Of a DNA stretch of 64,000 nt, positions 37,758 through 48,697 are shown one piece after another. Every line of letters begins with the position of its first letter. Within the stretch, counting starts at the first letter, position 1. The DNA is from Acholeplasmataceae bacterium (lineage in GTDB: Bacteria > Bacillota_I > Bacilli_A > Acholeplasmatales > Acholeplasmataceae). The stretch is from the NCBI GenBank assembly GCA_963675245.1, contig OY775910.1, forward strand, positions 192,001 through 256,000, written 5' to 3'. The notes beneath the pieces are model-generated. The model saw only the letters and a list, made by a program, of their open reading frames with translations, was not told the origin of the DNA and made no database searches. Made by a program: the position numbers and the translations under genes.

Positions 37758-40283
37758 TTATGATTCCTTTTTCTTTAATTTTTCTTGTAAATGCTTAACC
37801 AACAATAAAGCTTCTATTGGTGAGAGGTTATCTGTATTAACCTGTTCAACTTCTTTTAAGACATCTTGCTCATCTAATGATAAGGCTTGTGTTATACTTT
37901 CTTCAAATTCATCATAGTTAAAAAGATCAAGCATTACTTTGATTTCTTTTTCTTCAAACTTGGCTAATATAACTTTCGCTCTCGCGATTAAACTTTGAGG
38001 TAGATGAGCTAAAGAGGCAACTTGAATACCATAGGATTTATCGGTTGTTCCTTTTTCAACATGATGTAAGAACACCATGGTGTCTTTTTCTTCTTTCGCT
38101 TTAACACATAAATTTGTTAATCTTGATAAACTTTCTTCAAGAACTGTTAACTCATGATAGTGCGTAGAGAATAACGTTTGTGCACCAATTTTCTCATGAA
38201 TATATTCAATCATTGATTGTGCAAGTGCCATACCATCATATGTAGCAGTTCCTCTTCCTATTTCATCAAATAAAATGAGTGATTGCTCGGTTGCTCTTGA
38301 TAATGCTTCATTTGATTCAACCATTTCTACCATAAATGTTGATTTACCACCTGAAAGATCATCAGATGATCCAATCCTCGTAAATAGTGCATCATAAATA
38401 GGAAGCGTTGCTTGATTTGCTGGTACAAATGACCCGCATTGTGCCATGAAGATAATCATCGCGAACATTCTCATATAGGTTGATTTACCACTCATGTTAG
38501 GACCAGTAATCAAAAATATTTCACCTTTGTACATCACAACATCATTCTTAATGAATGTCGTAAACTGCTCAACAACGGGGTGTCTTCCACCTATGACATT
38601 GACATGTCTTTCATGTGTCAACGTAGGTCTTATATAACGATTTTTTTCTGCCACAACAGCTAATGATAAGAAGCAATCAATTTTAGCAATATTGTTAGCG
38701 AGCACCTGCAAACGATGTGTGAATGTTTCCGCATAACTTCTAATCTCTTTAAATAACTCATATTCTAATGCCTGACTCTTTTCTTCTGCATGCAAAAGAA
38801 CTTCTTCTTTTTCTTTTAATATCGGAGAAATGTATCTTTCACTATTCGCAAGCGTTTGTTTACGTTCATAGCCATATTCGTCTTTAACGAGTACAGCATT
38901 GCCTTTAGAGACCTCAATATAATAACCAAAGACACGATTATAACCCACTCTTAAATTTTTAATACCGGTTTTTTCTCGTTCATTGGCTTCAAATTGTGTT
39001 AACCACGCTTTACCATTTTTAGCAACATCTCTTAATTCATCAAGTGCTTCATTGAAACCACGTTTAATCATACCGCCTTCTTTAACAGAAAGTGGTGGTG
39101 TTTCATGAATCGCTTTATCAAGATATGTGAATAATTCATTGTGATCATCAAGTTGATTAGAAAGTTCTTTTACAATCGGACTATCATACATTAATAACGC
39201 ATTCTTTAAATCAGGAATTTGTTTTAACGTCTCTTTTAATTGATCTAAATCTCTCGCATTAACGGTTTGAAAAGCGACACGACCAACAATGCGATTAATA
39301 TCATAAATCGCTTTTAAGTGTTCAATCACAACGTCACGTGGATCATAAGGCATTAATGCTTCAATCAAATCGTAACGCTCTTCAAGTTTTTTCTTATCCT
39401 TTAAGGGTTGATGAAAAATACTCTTTAAATAACGAGCACCCATTGCTGTATGGGTTTTATTTAACCAATGCATGAGCGTGGTTTGTTGTTGGTTTACAAG
39501 TGACTCATGGATTTCCAAATGATTAAGTACACGATAATCAACTTGCATATGACTTACTTTATCCACGACTTCAAAAGGCATTAAATGGTTAATGTCTTGT
39601 TTTTGTGTATCTAATAAATAATGTAGCAAGTGAGAAACTGCACGTTTTTGTTCTCGTGTGAGATGATGAGTTGTTTTTTGATCAATGACATCCCCTTGAG
39701 CTTGATAAGATATCAAAATACCCTCATCTTTTAAAGTCTTAACAAACGACTCATCAAAATGATGATATAACACAATTTCTAATATCTTTAAACTTCTAAT
39801 CAAGTCTAACGTTTCTCTTTTATCTAGTTGATCTGTGATATATGATTCACCTGTAGAGATATCAACATATGTTAATGCATACCCTTTTTCTGTTAATAAC
39901 ACACTACCGATATAATTGTTTGAGTCTGTATCTAAAATACCATCTTCAAAAACTGTACCTGGTGTAATAAGTCTAATGACTTCACGTTTAACAAGTCCTT
40001 TACCAGGAGGAGTGATTTGCTCAGCAATCGCAATCTTAAATCCTTTTTCAATGAGTTTTTGAACATATGGTTTAACGGCATGATAGGGAATTCCACACAT
40101 CGGAACTTTTGATCCTGCATCTCTTGACGTCAATGCAATTTCTAACACTTTAGATGCTAATATTGCATCATCAAAAAACATTTCATAGAAATCGCCTAAG
40201 CGAAAGAAGACTATCGCATCTGCGTAGTCTTCTTTTATCTTGAGATATTGTTGCATCATCGGCGTATAATCGGTTGCTTTCAT
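37758..40283 (-). CDS. mutS: DNA mismatch repair protein MutS
   Basis: TPMMQQY, GDFYEMF, TGPNMSGKST, STFMVEM, DEIGRGT. Confidence 0.97.
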   Translation of the reverse strand: MKATDYTPMMQQYLKIKEDYADAIVFFRLGDFYEMFFDDAILASKVLEIALTSRDAGSKVPMCGIPYHAVKPYVQKLIEKGFKIAIAEQITPPGKGLVKREVIRLITPGTVFEDGILDTDSNNYIGSVLLTEKGYALTYVDISTGESYITDQLDKRETLDLIRSLKILEIVLYHHFDESFVKTLKDEGILISYQAQGDVIDQKTTHHLTREQKRAVSHLLHYLLDTQKQDINHLMPFEVVDKVSHMQVDYRVLNHLEIHESLVNQQQTTLMHWLNKTHTAMGARYLKSIFHQPLKDKKKLEERYDLIEALMPYDPRDVVIEHLKAIYDINRIVGRVAFQTVNARDLDQLKETLKQIPDLKNALLMYDSPIVKELSNQLDDHNELFTYLDKAIHETPPLSVKEGGMIKRGFNEALDELRDVAKNGKAWLTQFEANEREKTGIKNLRVGYNRVFGYYIEVSKGNAVLVKDEYGYERKQTLANSERYISPILKEKEEVLLHAEEKSQALEYELFKEIRSYAETFTHRLQVLANNIAKIDCFLSLAVVAEKNRYIRPTLTHERHVNVIGGRHPVVEQFTTFIKNDVVMYKGEIFLITGPNMSGKSTYMRMFAMIIFMAQCGSFVPANQATLPIYDALFTRIGSSDDLSGGKSTFMVEMVESNEALSRATEQSLILFDEIGRGTATYDGMALAQSMIEYIHEKIGAQTLFSTHYHELTVLEESLSRLTNLCVKAKEEKDTMVFLHHVEKGTTDKSYGIQVASLAHLPQSLIARAKVILAKFEEKEIKVMLDLFNYDEFEESITQALSLDEQDVLKEVEQVNTDNLSPIEALLLVKHLQEKLKKKES

Positions 40284-40304
40284 AATGCCACCTTTACTTA
40301 CAAA

Positions 40305-41999
40305 TTATTGAGCTGGTGTTAGATTCAACGTATTTTCCAAGAAATTAAAGTAGTGTTCTAAAATACCATAACTACCAATCTTAAATCCATTAATGGCATT
40401 GGTAATACCATCTAAGAATGGAATGGATGTAAAGAAATCAAGCGCGCCATATAGGGCTAACAAGACAATAGCAACTACCAAAAATGGTAGTACAATCTTT
40501 AACAATAAAACCTTTAAGAACTTAAGAATAAATAATCCAGTTTTCTTAAGTGCTTTGATTTCACCAGGTGTATCATCTTCAACGCCTTCTTCTTCAAGCT
40601 TTTGTTTTTCAACAAATGCTTCACGTTCTTTGATTTCACTCTTCATGATTTTTCCGAAGTTCTTTGAAGTGCCTGCAAACTCAGCGGTGTTAACGACGAT
40701 TGGTTCACCTTTTTCTGGATAAACCTCATATGAAGGTTCTTCAGGTTCAACCACATCTTCTTGTACTGGTTGATCTATAATAGGTTTGTTAATTTTTGCC
40801 TTTTCAACTGGTGGTTCTTCCTTAACAGATTCAGGTTTCTTTGAAAGTTCTGCAATCGTTTCTCTTAACGCTTTTACTTCAGCTACCAAAGCATCTAGAT
40901 TCACATTTTGTTGAATGACTTGAACAGGTTCTTTTTCGATAACTTTGTCTGGAACTGTTTTAATTTCTTCTTCAACTTTTGGTTCTTCTTCAACGATTTG
41001 TACAGGTTCTTCTTTAATTGGTTCTTCATCAGCTTCAGAAGCTATTTCTGGTTCAGGAGCAACTGGCTCTTCCTCTTTAACAGGCTCAGGTTCTGGAATA
41101 GGTGCAGGTTCTTCTTCAATTTCATCTGAAATCTCTTCAATTTCCTGATCGTATGCAGCAATTGAACTTGGTACAAAATAAGCTTCTCTTGTTTCTTTTG
41201 CGTTCTTTAAAATATATTCAATAATTTCTTCTTTTTTAAGTTCAGTGGATGCTTTGATGTCATGATCAATAGCAAACCTTTGTAAAACTAAAACGGACAT
41301 CGAATTAATTTGATTTTCAAGTGCTTGTGTATATTCACCTCTATCTTTTAATTCTTTGATAATAATGTCAGCGAGTTCATTTTTCTTTAATCGTCTTGGT
41401 ACTTTTACACCATATTTAGTCCCAAGATCACGCACTTCTGATAAGGTGGAACTCTTATATAAAACTGGTCTAATCTTTTGTGGAGACAAACCATCAATAC
41501 GATTAAACGAATCATAAAAGAGCACACTCAATGTACGATTATATGTTTTAATATCAGGAAGAACTAACCCTTTGTCTTTAGCATAAGCGACACTTTGATC
41601 AATGAGTTTTTTGATGTCATTTGGTGGTACTTGCTTATCAGACATATATCCTAATAAGTCTGTCCAAAAACTATTTAAGAAATCTCTTATTAATTGCTCA
41701 TCATCAAAAAACACGAGTAAATTCTCAAGTTGTGTTTCACTGAATTCAGCAAACCACGATAACCGATAATTAAGCTCATCAGCAAGCGTACCTCTTGATT
41801 TTCTTGTTTCTGCGACACGTTGTCTTAACGTTTCTTTTAAAACATAGATACGAAGCTCACGAGGTATGGTTAATCCGATTTTTTGAAAGAAACTAACGAC
41901 TTGTTCTGCAGGCAAGTACGGTAATGTCTTTATAAGTTCTTCAATTGTAATCTCTTTGGTGCCAACCTTAATTACGCTATCCTTACTTAATTTTGGCAT
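40305..41999 (-). CDS. Membrane-anchored hypothetical protein with Rho-N/HEH-like repeats and an acidic Pro-rich linker
   Basis: GGAGG RBS; three similar ~30-aa helical units; long E/P-rich region; C-terminal hydrophobic helix. Confidence 0.75.
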   Translation of the reverse strand: MPKLSKDSVIKVGTKEITIEELIKTLPYLPAEQVVSFFQKIGLTIPRELRIYVLKETLRQRVAETRKSRGTLADELNYRLSWFAEFSETQLENLLVFFDDEQLIRDFLNSFWTDLLGYMSDKQVPPNDIKKLIDQSVAYAKDKGLVLPDIKTYNRTLSVLFYDSFNRIDGLSPQKIRPVLYKSSTLSEVRDLGTKYGVKVPRRLKKNELADIIIKELKDRGEYTQALENQINSMSVLVLQRFAIDHDIKASTELKKEEIIEYILKNAKETREAYFVPSSIAAYDQEIEEISDEIEEEPAPIPEPEPVKEEEPVAPEPEIASEADEEPIKEEPVQIVEEEPKVEEEIKTVPDKVIEKEPVQVIQQNVNLDALVAEVKALRETIAELSKKPESVKEEPPVEKAKINKPIIDQPVQEDVVEPEEPSYEVYPEKGEPIVVNTAEFAGTSKNFGKIMKSEIKEREAFVEKQKLEEEGVEDDTPGEIKALKKTGLFILKFLKVLLLKIVLPFLVVAIVLLALYGALDFFTSIPFLDGITNAINGFKIGSYGILEHYFNFLENTLNLTPAQ

Positions 42000-42028
42000 A
42001 CGATCCCTCCATTGCTCTCTTTATCTCT

Positions 42029-42057
42029 ATATTACATTTTTTTTAAAAAATGTGCAA
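42029..42057 (-). promoter_or_regulatory. Sigma-A promoter upstream of 564-aa gene/mutSL operon
   Basis: TTGCAC-N17-TAATAT. Confidence 0.55.
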
Positions 42058-42103
42058 GTTAAAAACGTTAGAGAGCCCTTATATAAGGCGATTTCCCATT
42101 TTA

Positions 42104-42433
42104 TTACTCGATTTCTTTATTGAGACCCTCTTCAATGATTTCTAAGACGGTTTGCAGCATATCGTTAATCTCTTCTTGTAATGAGAGATATTCAGCCATC
42201 AAAGGAAATTCTTCAATCTCTTTTAAACGTTCATCATAATTTTTTTCAAACTGTTTTATCGCTTCAGTTTTTCCAATATGACGAGCATTGATTAATTGCT
42301 TCTGAATCGCTTTTAATTGACCAATTTGCCTTTTAAGATCTTTAGATGTATTCATTTTTTCTTCTAATGCACGATATCTTTTGACCACTGGATCATGTTC
42401 AATCATCGTGAGTAGTTTTTCAGATTCGGTCAT
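42104..42433 (-). CDS. YlbF/YmcA (RicA-like) regulator
   Basis: Helical YlbF-type pattern (P.V..Y..LE, P.MAEY...QEEIND); directly after miaB as for B. subtilis ymcB-ymcA. Confidence 0.85.
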   Translation of the reverse strand: MTESEKLLTMIEHDPVVKRYRALEEKMNTSKDLKRQIGQLKAIQKQLINARHIGKTEAIKQFEKNYDERLKEIEEFPLMAEYLSLQEEINDMLQTVLEIIEEGLNKEIE

Positions 42434-43869
42434 ACTGCTTCACCTAATAGGAACCAGGTTTTAGCTTCAGTTACTTTAACGTCAATAATTTTACCAATTA
42501 AAGACGCATCACCTTTGAAGTTAATAAGTTTATTGTTTTCTGTATAACCTGCGAGTATTGCATCATCGTGTTTTGAAACACCATCTACTAAAACTTTTAC
42601 AACCTGTCCTTCAAAACGCATATTACCTCTAAGATAGCCAGCGTTTATCTTTTCATTTAATTCGTAAAGTCTTTGTTTCTTCACTTCTTCTGGTGTATCA
42701 TCTTCATAGTTTGCTGCTGGAGTCCCTTCTCTTGGTGAGAACACGAATGTAAAAGCACCTTCAAAATCAGCTTGATCAACAAGATCAAGTGTATCTAAAA
42801 AGTCTTCTTCAGTTTCACCCGGAAAACCAACAATGATATCCGTAGTAACAGATATACCAGGTACGGTTTTTTTAAGTTGATTTAATACTTCTAAATATCG
42901 AGCCTTTGTGTAGTGTCTATTCATTTTCTTTAAAATACGTTCACTACCTGATTGCACAGGTAGATGGAAATAAGGCATCACATGTTCACCATCTCTAATA
43001 GCTTCCATCGTTTTTAAATCTAAATCATGAGGATGTGATGTGGTAAAACGAATACGTTCAATACCCGTATCATTTAGTTCTCTTAATAAATCACCGAATG
43101 TATAATCAATGTCTTTAAAGTCTTTCCCATAAGCATTTACGTTTTGTCCAAGTAAAGTAACTTCCAAATAACCTTCTTCAACGAGTTGTTTCACTTCTTC
43201 AATAATATCTTCTTTTCGTCTTGAACGTTCTTTACCTCTTGTGTAAGGCACAATACAATAGGTGCAAAATTCGTCACAACCAAACATGATATTGACCCAT
43301 GCTTTAAATGAGTGGTTTCTCACCTTTGGTAGATTCTCAACGATTTCTCCTTCTTTGGAATACACTTCGATCACACGTTCTTTAGATAACATGGCTGTTT
43401 CAACATACTCAGGAAGCCTGTGAATGTTATGTGTGCCAAAAACAATATCAACGTGTTGATATTTTTTTAAGACACGATTAACGACATTTTCTTCTTGTGC
43501 CATACATCCTGCTAAAGCTAATATTAGATCTGGATTTCTTCTTTTTTGCGCTTTTAAACGACCGAGTTCACCCCAGATTCTATTTTCTGCATTTTCACGA
43601 ATTGCACATGTATTAACGATAATCATATCGCTATCTAATTCACTATCCGCTTTTGTAAATCCCATCATTTCAAGAATACCCGCCATGGTTTCACCATCAG
43701 CTTCGTTCGCTTGACATCCATAGGATTGAATTAAATATGTTCTATTATTCCCTAACGCTTGATATCTAGATGGCAAATTAAATGCAACCTCTTCAATCAT
43801 ATTTTTTGAGCGTTTTCTAGCTTTTTTTAAATCTGGTTTGAAATACTTTTCAACATTTATGTCACTCAT
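42430..43869 (-). CDS. miaB: tRNA-2-methylthio-N6-dimethylallyladenosine synthase
   Basis: YGCQAN, NTCAIRE, radical SAM CDEFCTYC, DIIVGFPGET, TRAM domain. Confidence 0.96.
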   Translation of the reverse strand: MSDINVEKYFKPDLKKARKRSKNMIEEVAFNLPSRYQALGNNRTYLIQSYGCQANEADGETMAGILEMMGFTKADSELDSDMIIVNTCAIRENAENRIWGELGRLKAQKRRNPDLILALAGCMAQEENVVNRVLKKYQHVDIVFGTHNIHRLPEYVETAMLSKERVIEVYSKEGEIVENLPKVRNHSFKAWVNIMFGCDEFCTYCIVPYTRGKERSRRKEDIIEEVKQLVEEGYLEVTLLGQNVNAYGKDFKDIDYTFGDLLRELNDTGIERIRFTTSHPHDLDLKTMEAIRDGEHVMPYFHLPVQSGSERILKKMNRHYTKARYLEVLNQLKKTVPGISVTTDIIVGFPGETEEDFLDTLDLVDQADFEGAFTFVFSPREGTPAANYEDDTPEEVKKQRLYELNEKINAGYLRGNMRFEGQVVKVLVDGVSKHDDAILAGYTENNKLINFKGDASLIGKIIDVKVTEAKTWFLLGEAV

Positions 43870-43915
43870 ATAATCACCTAATGTTATTTTAACTTATGCC
43901 GTCTATGTTATAAAC

Positions 43916-44671
43916 TCATTCGCTTTCTATATGTATACGTTCAATACTTTTTTTATCAAAGTCCATGATGACTGCATTGAGTTGTCTTGGTCCATGTGCC
44001 ACTTTATTCGGTGTACTAAAACCATTTAAGAAACGGTTAATGACAATATCTTTGTCAACACCAATAATCCCATCAAGAGGACCAGTCATGCCTACATCAG
44101 TGATATACAGTGTTCCTTTTGGTAACACTCTATTATCCGCTGTAGGCACATGTGTGTGCGTCCCAACAATAGCTGTCGCTTTTCCATCTAAATAATGTCC
44201 TAAAGCCACTTTTTCACTGGTCGCTTCCGCATGTATATCAATAAGTGTATAGTCAGTAGGGTTCTGTTCTAAAATATACTCAAGACCCGTAAATGGATCA
44301 TCGAGATTCGCATTCATGAATGTTCTACCTAATGCATTGATCACTAGCAATGTTTTACCATTGAAGTTAATTGTTTTATAGCCATAACCTGGCGCACGTC
44401 TATAGTTAAAAGGACGGACAATATTAGCTTCTTCAATGAAGTTAAATAAATCGATATTACCCCATGTCCAATTACCCATCGTTATCATGTGAACACCTGC
44501 CATCATTAATTCTTTGTAGATCTTTTCAGTGATGCCACGGCCTTTCGCTGCATTCTCACCATTGACGATAATGACATTTGGTCGATATTCATTTTTAATT
44601 TCTGGTAAATGCTCTAACAACATTTTTAAACCTGCATCACCATAAATATCACCGACAAATAATACTTTCAT
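43916..44671 (-). CDS. ymdB: YmdB-like metallophosphoesterase
   Basis: NGENAA, HAEATSEK, GTHTHVPTAD, TDVGMTG; after rny; start ATG 44671. Confidence 0.93.
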   Translation of the reverse strand: MKVLFVGDIYGDAGLKMLLEHLPEIKNEYRPNVIIVNGENAAKGRGITEKIYKELMMAGVHMITMGNWTWGNIDLFNFIEEANIVRPFNYRRAPGYGYKTINFNGKTLLVINALGRTFMNANLDDPFTGLEYILEQNPTDYTLIDIHAEATSEKVALGHYLDGKATAIVGTHTHVPTADNRVLPKGTLYITDVGMTGPLDGIIGVDKDIVINRFLNGFSTPNKVAHGPRQLNAVIMDFDKKSIERIHIESE

Positions 44672-44694
44672 GATTATTACCCTTTCTATCAAGC

Positions 44695-44715
44695 AAAAAG
44701 AGGCAGATGCCTCTT
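44695..44715 (-). terminator. Terminator after rny
   Basis: AAGAGGCA-GA-TGCCTCTT with T-run on the minus strand. Confidence 0.7.
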
Positions 44716-46282
44716 ATTTTGCTACATCAGTTGCTCTTGTCTCACGAATAACTGTTACCTTAATCGTGCCAGGATAAGACATCTTCTCCTCGATTTGTTC
44801 TTTAATTTCACGTGCGACTCTGAAAGCTTGTAAGTCATCGATTTGATCTGGTTTGACAATGACTCTGACTTCACGTCCTGCTTGAATAGCGAACGCTTTA
44901 TCAACACCCTCAACCTCAGTAGAAATCGTTTCTAGTTGTTCTAAACGTTTGACGTAGTTTTCCATTGATTCAGATCTTGCACCTGGTCTAGCAGCAGATA
45001 ATGCATCTGCAGCTGCGACTAAGACAGCAATCACGCTCTTAGGTTCTACATCACCATGGTGGGATGCGATTGCATCAACCACAACATCTGGTTCTTTATA
45101 ACGGTTAACTAATTTAACACCAATTTCAACATGACCACCTTCGACTTCATGGTCAACTGCTTTACCAATATCATGAAGTAATCCAGCACGTCTTGCGAGT
45201 GTTTCATCTTCACCAATTTCAGCTGCTAATTTACCTGCTAAAAAGGCTGTTTCAATTGAATGTTTTAAGACATTTTGTCCATAAGATGTTCTAAAGGACA
45301 AGCGTCCAAGTAACTTAATTAAATCTGGGTGAATCCTTCCGACACCCACTGTAAAGACTGCATCTTCTCCAGCTTCTCTCAAGAATTGATCAACTTCAGA
45401 TCTTGCTTTGTCAACCACTTCTTCAATACGTCCTGGGTGGATTCTGCCATCAGCAACCAATGTGCTTAACGCACGTCTAGCCACTTCTCTTCTAACTGGG
45501 TCAAAACCGCTTAACACGACCGCTTCCGGCGTATCATCGATAATTAAATCGACACCTGTTAGTGCTTCTAAAGTACGAATGTTACGTCCTTCACGTCCGA
45601 TGATTCGTCCTTTCATTTCATCATTTGGAAGATCAACAACGGATACTGTTCTTTCAGTGGTTGTTTCACTTGCGTATTTTTGCATCGCTAAGGATAGAAT
45701 ATCTTTAGATTTGGCTTGCGCTATATTTTTAGCGTTCTCTTCCTCATCTTTGATATACTGAGCGACTTCATCAGCCATCTGATCTTTTACGCGTGCCATG
45801 ATGATGTCTCGTGCTTGGTCTGTGTTAAGACCAGAAATTTCTAAAAGCTTCGTTTCTTGTTCTTTTAAAACTTCTTCCACTTTGCTATTCAATTGTTCGA
45901 GCTGTTCTTTTCTTTCGTCAAGCTTTTCTTCACGTGACGTTAAAGATTGTTCACGTCTATCTAAGTTGACAGAGCGATTGTTAAGATTCTCTTCTCTTTG
46001 AGCGACCTTACTCTCAAGATTTAGGACAACTTGACGTCGTTCACGTAAGTCTGTGTCAAAATCTTTCTTGAGATTAAATATTTCTTGTTTCGCTTCCAGT
46101 ACGCTTTCGCGTTTTGATTTTTCAGCTTCTTTTTTTCCGTCTTCAACAATTTTTTCGGCCATATCTTTAGCAGATTTGATACTCTTGTCGTGCGTGTATA
46201 CACGAACAAAGAATCCAACTAATCCACCGATGATAAGGGCTAGCAAAATGGAGATGATTAATACTAGTGTGTTATCGGGCAT
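44714..46282 (-). CDS. rny: Ribonuclease Y
   Basis: N-terminal TM, coiled coil, [15 protein letters not shown] motif LLHDIGK; start ATG 46282 after GGAGGTG. Confidence 0.97.
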   Translation of the reverse strand: MPDNTLVLIISILLALIIGGLVGFFVRVYTHDKSIKSAKDMAEKIVEDGKKEAEKSKRESVLEAKQEIFNLKKDFDTDLRERRQVVLNLESKVAQREENLNNRSVNLDRREQSLTSREEKLDERKEQLEQLNSKVEEVLKEQETKLLEISGLNTDQARDIIMARVKDQMADEVAQYIKDEEENAKNIAQAKSKDILSLAMQKYASETTTERTVSVVDLPNDEMKGRIIGREGRNIRTLEALTGVDLIIDDTPEAVVLSGFDPVRREVARRALSTLVADGRIHPGRIEEVVDKARSEVDQFLREAGEDAVFTVGVGRIHPDLIKLLGRLSFRTSYGQNVLKHSIETAFLAGKLAAEIGEDETLARRAGLLHDIGKAVDHEVEGGHVEIGVKLVNRYKEPDVVVDAIASHHGDVEPKSVIAVLVAAADALSAARPGARSESMENYVKRLEQLETISTEVEGVDKAFAIQAGREVRVIVKPDQIDDLQAFRVAREIKEQIEEKMSYPGTIKVTVIRETRATDVAK

Positions 46283-46487
46283 GCGATACACCTCCATTTA
46301 TAAAATATTTTTAACAATTCGATTTAAATTGCGTTAATCTATTGCATGGTTTAATTATAACTTATTTTAAGTGTAATAGTCAATTCAAAAACCAAATGAG
46401 AAAGGCATTAAAAAGATTACATTTTTTCACTTTTTTCTTTTACCTCATTTCATGTATAATAGAGTTGATAAATAAAGGAGACAACGT

Positions 46488-47108
46488 ATGAATAAAAACA
46501 AAAAAGAGAAACTTACTTTTTTTAAATGGCTACATAAATATCGTGCTAAAATCGGCTTATTAGCATTTGTCATAGCAATCCCATTGGCTTTAATATTAAT
46601 TACTTATTTAGGCCCATATGTCAGTAATCAAAATGTCCACTTTGATGAAGAAAAAACAGATGTCCAAAGGCGTTTTCAAGCGATTGATGATCTTGATGAA
46701 TTATCATTAACCATTGTTTGGAAAGAGCTTATTGAACCAAGATATGATGGTAATGATCCAGCTGAAATAATCGTACCAGGATCATTTAGATTTGACATTA
46801 GTTATGAAGCAAAAGGTGCTTATAATGTTAGTTCTGTCGCTGTGACACCTGTCTTACATCCTGATTGGTTCTCATATTACTCAATTGGTACTAAGAAGAC
46901 GGTAACAACATCTCCAAGTAACATGACCGTCGTTTGGAATGAAGATTTACCATTGCATAAATTATTATTTGTCACCGTTAATGAACCAAACCTCTACTTA
47001 AAAGTTGAATATAGTTATATCACAGCAGATCAAACAATCAATAAAACTGCTTATGTGATGTACTCGTTAGCAGGTATCAATCCTGAAACAGTTACATCAT
47101 TTTCATAA
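46488..47108 (+). CDS. Hypothetical single-TM membrane-anchored protein
   Basis: AAGGAG RBS, upstream TATAAT, basic N-terminus then TM helix and beta-rich domain. Confidence 0.75.
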   Translation: MNKNKKEKLTFFKWLHKYRAKIGLLAFVIAIPLALILITYLGPYVSNQNVHFDEEKTDVQRRFQAIDDLDELSLTIVWKELIEPRYDGNDPAEIIVPGSFRFDISYEAKGAYNVSSVAVTPVLHPDWFSYYSIGTKKTVTTSPSNMTVVWNEDLPLHKLLFVTVNEPNLYLKVEYSYITADQTINKTAYVMYSLAGINPETVTSFS

Positions 47109-47137
47109 CAAAAAGGACTCTGATGAGTCCTTTTGTT
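47108..47137. terminator. Bidirectional terminator
   Basis: AAAAAGGACTC-TGAT-GAGTCCTTTT between convergent genes. Confidence 0.85.
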
Positions 47138-47550
47138 TAGCGTTGAATATATATGAGTTCCCATGGAATACCAAATTCATCAACAAACGCGGTATAACTT
47201 TCTGCATAAAAAGTTTTTCCTGGTTTAGCACTTACTTGGCCACCTACACTTAATAATCTAAATTTGTTTTTTAAATCTTCTACTGACTCACACGTATAAA
47301 GCACTGATACTGATGTACCCCTAAGATATTCATAAGATGCGCCGACATCACTGAAATTTAGTGTGAAACCTGCTATATTCAGTTCTGAATGTAATACATA
47401 ATTTTCTTCTTCTGGTTTTACATTCATACCTGGTCCATCCTTGTAATACATGACATCCATGGTTCTTTGGCCACCAAAAACTTCTTCATATCGTTCCATT
47501 GCAGGTAACGCTTGACCATCTTTAAAGTTTAAATAAATTTCGAAAGCCAT
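47137..47550 (-). CDS. VOC/PhnB-like glyoxalase family protein
   Basis: YLNF..A...Y, VLHSEL, DEFGIPWEL; start ATG 47550. Confidence 0.85.
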   Translation of the reverse strand: MAFEIYLNFKDGQALPAMERYEEVFGGQRTMDVMYYKDGPGMNVKPEEENYVLHSELNIAGFTLNFSDVGASYEYLRGTSVSVLYTCESVEDLKNKFRLLSVGGQVSAKPGKTFYAESYTAFVDEFGIPWELIYIQR

Positions 47551-47617
47551 ACCTATTCTCCTTTGATTCATTTGGCTACATTTTATGTCAATTTGTGAAA
47601 CAACTCAAATGTAATGC

Positions 47618-47646
47618 AAAAAAGAAGCTCATTAATTGAGCTTCTT
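47618..47646 (-). terminator. Terminator after recA
   Basis: AAGAAGCTCA-N5-TGAGCTTCTT with T-run on the minus strand. Confidence 0.8.
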
Positions 47647-47651
47647 CTATA

Positions 47652-48653
47652 TTATTTATCGTATGAAATATGATGATGTTCTAAAACTTTATCATATAAC
47701 ATCTTGTATACATCAGGATGTTCTTCTAAATACTGTTTCGCGTTTTCTCTACCTTGCCCAATTTTTTCGCCTTCATATGCATACCAAGATCCACTCTTTT
47801 GAATGAAATCAAGTTCTGTTGCAAGATCGACAAGTTCACCTGTTTGAGAAATACCTTTACCATAGATAATATCGACTTGAACTGACTTAAATGGAGGTGC
47901 CACTTTATTTTTAACGACTTTGATATTCGCAAGGTTACCAACAATATCAGCACCATTCTTAATCGTTTGACTACGTCTGATTTCAAGTCTAACACTTGAA
48001 TAGAATTTAAGTGCTCTTCCACCAGGTGTCGTTTCTGGATTACCAAACATCACACCAACTTTTTCACGAATTTGGTTAATGAAAATTGCTGTCGTGTTTG
48101 TTTTAGAAATCGCACCAGAAAGTTTACGCATTGCTTGGCTCATCAAACGTGCTTGAAGACCCACATGTGAATCACCCATATCGCCATTAATTTCAGCTTC
48201 AGGTACTAACGCAGCTACTGAGTCAATAACAATACAATCGATTGAACCACTTCTAATCAGTGCTTCAGCAATCTCTAATGCTTGTTCACCCGTGTCTGGT
48301 TGTGATAAAAGAAGGTTATCGATATCGACACCAACTGCTTTTGCATATTGTGGATCAAGCGCATGTTCAGCATCAATAAACGCCACATAACCACCACGTT
48401 TTTGAATTTCTGCAATCGCGTGAAGGGCAAGTGTTGTTTTACCAGAACTTTCAGGTCCATAAATTTCAATAATTCTACCTTTTGGATAACCACCAATGCC
48501 TAACGCGATATCAAGTTGTAATGAGCCTGTTGGGTTCGCAGCGATATGTCTGTCTGCTTCATCACCTAAACGCATGATAGATCCTTTACCGTATTGTTTC
48601 TCAATTTGCTTCATTGCAGTCTCTAGTGCCTGCGAACGTTTATCTTTATCCAT
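47652..48653 (-). CDS. recA: Recombinase A
   Basis: [33 protein letters not shown]; start ATG 48653. Confidence 0.98.
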   Translation of the reverse strand: MDKDKRSQALETAMKQIEKQYGKGSIMRLGDEADRHIAANPTGSLQLDIALGIGGYPKGRIIEIYGPESSGKTTLALHAIAEIQKRGGYVAFIDAEHALDPQYAKAVGVDIDNLLLSQPDTGEQALEIAEALIRSGSIDCIVIDSVAALVPEAEINGDMGDSHVGLQARLMSQAMRKLSGAISKTNTTAIFINQIREKVGVMFGNPETTPGGRALKFYSSVRLEIRRSQTIKNGADIVGNLANIKVVKNKVAPPFKSVQVDIIYGKGISQTGELVDLATELDFIQKSGSWYAYEGEKIGQGRENAKQYLEEHPDVYKMLYDKVLEHHHISYDK

Positions 48654-48697
48654 AATTACCTCCACAATATATAATAGTGTTGCTTGACTTAAATTAC

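Noticed and set aside
40590..41150. Glu/Pro-rich region as a DNA tandem repeat or array
   Set aside because: Low-complexity coding sequence with no fixed-period nucleotide repeat
46298..46345. Weak hairpin in the rny 5' leader as an autoregulatory element
   Set aside because: AT-rich, bulged and too weak to distinguish from chance without comparative data
47116..47134. CTGATGAGTCC resembles the hammerhead ribozyme core
   Set aside because: No stem II partner or GAAA follows; fully explained as a bidirectional terminator hairpin
48660..48680. NrdR-box-like sequence upstream of recA
   Set aside because: Only one half matches, spacing is wrong and there is no tandem second box
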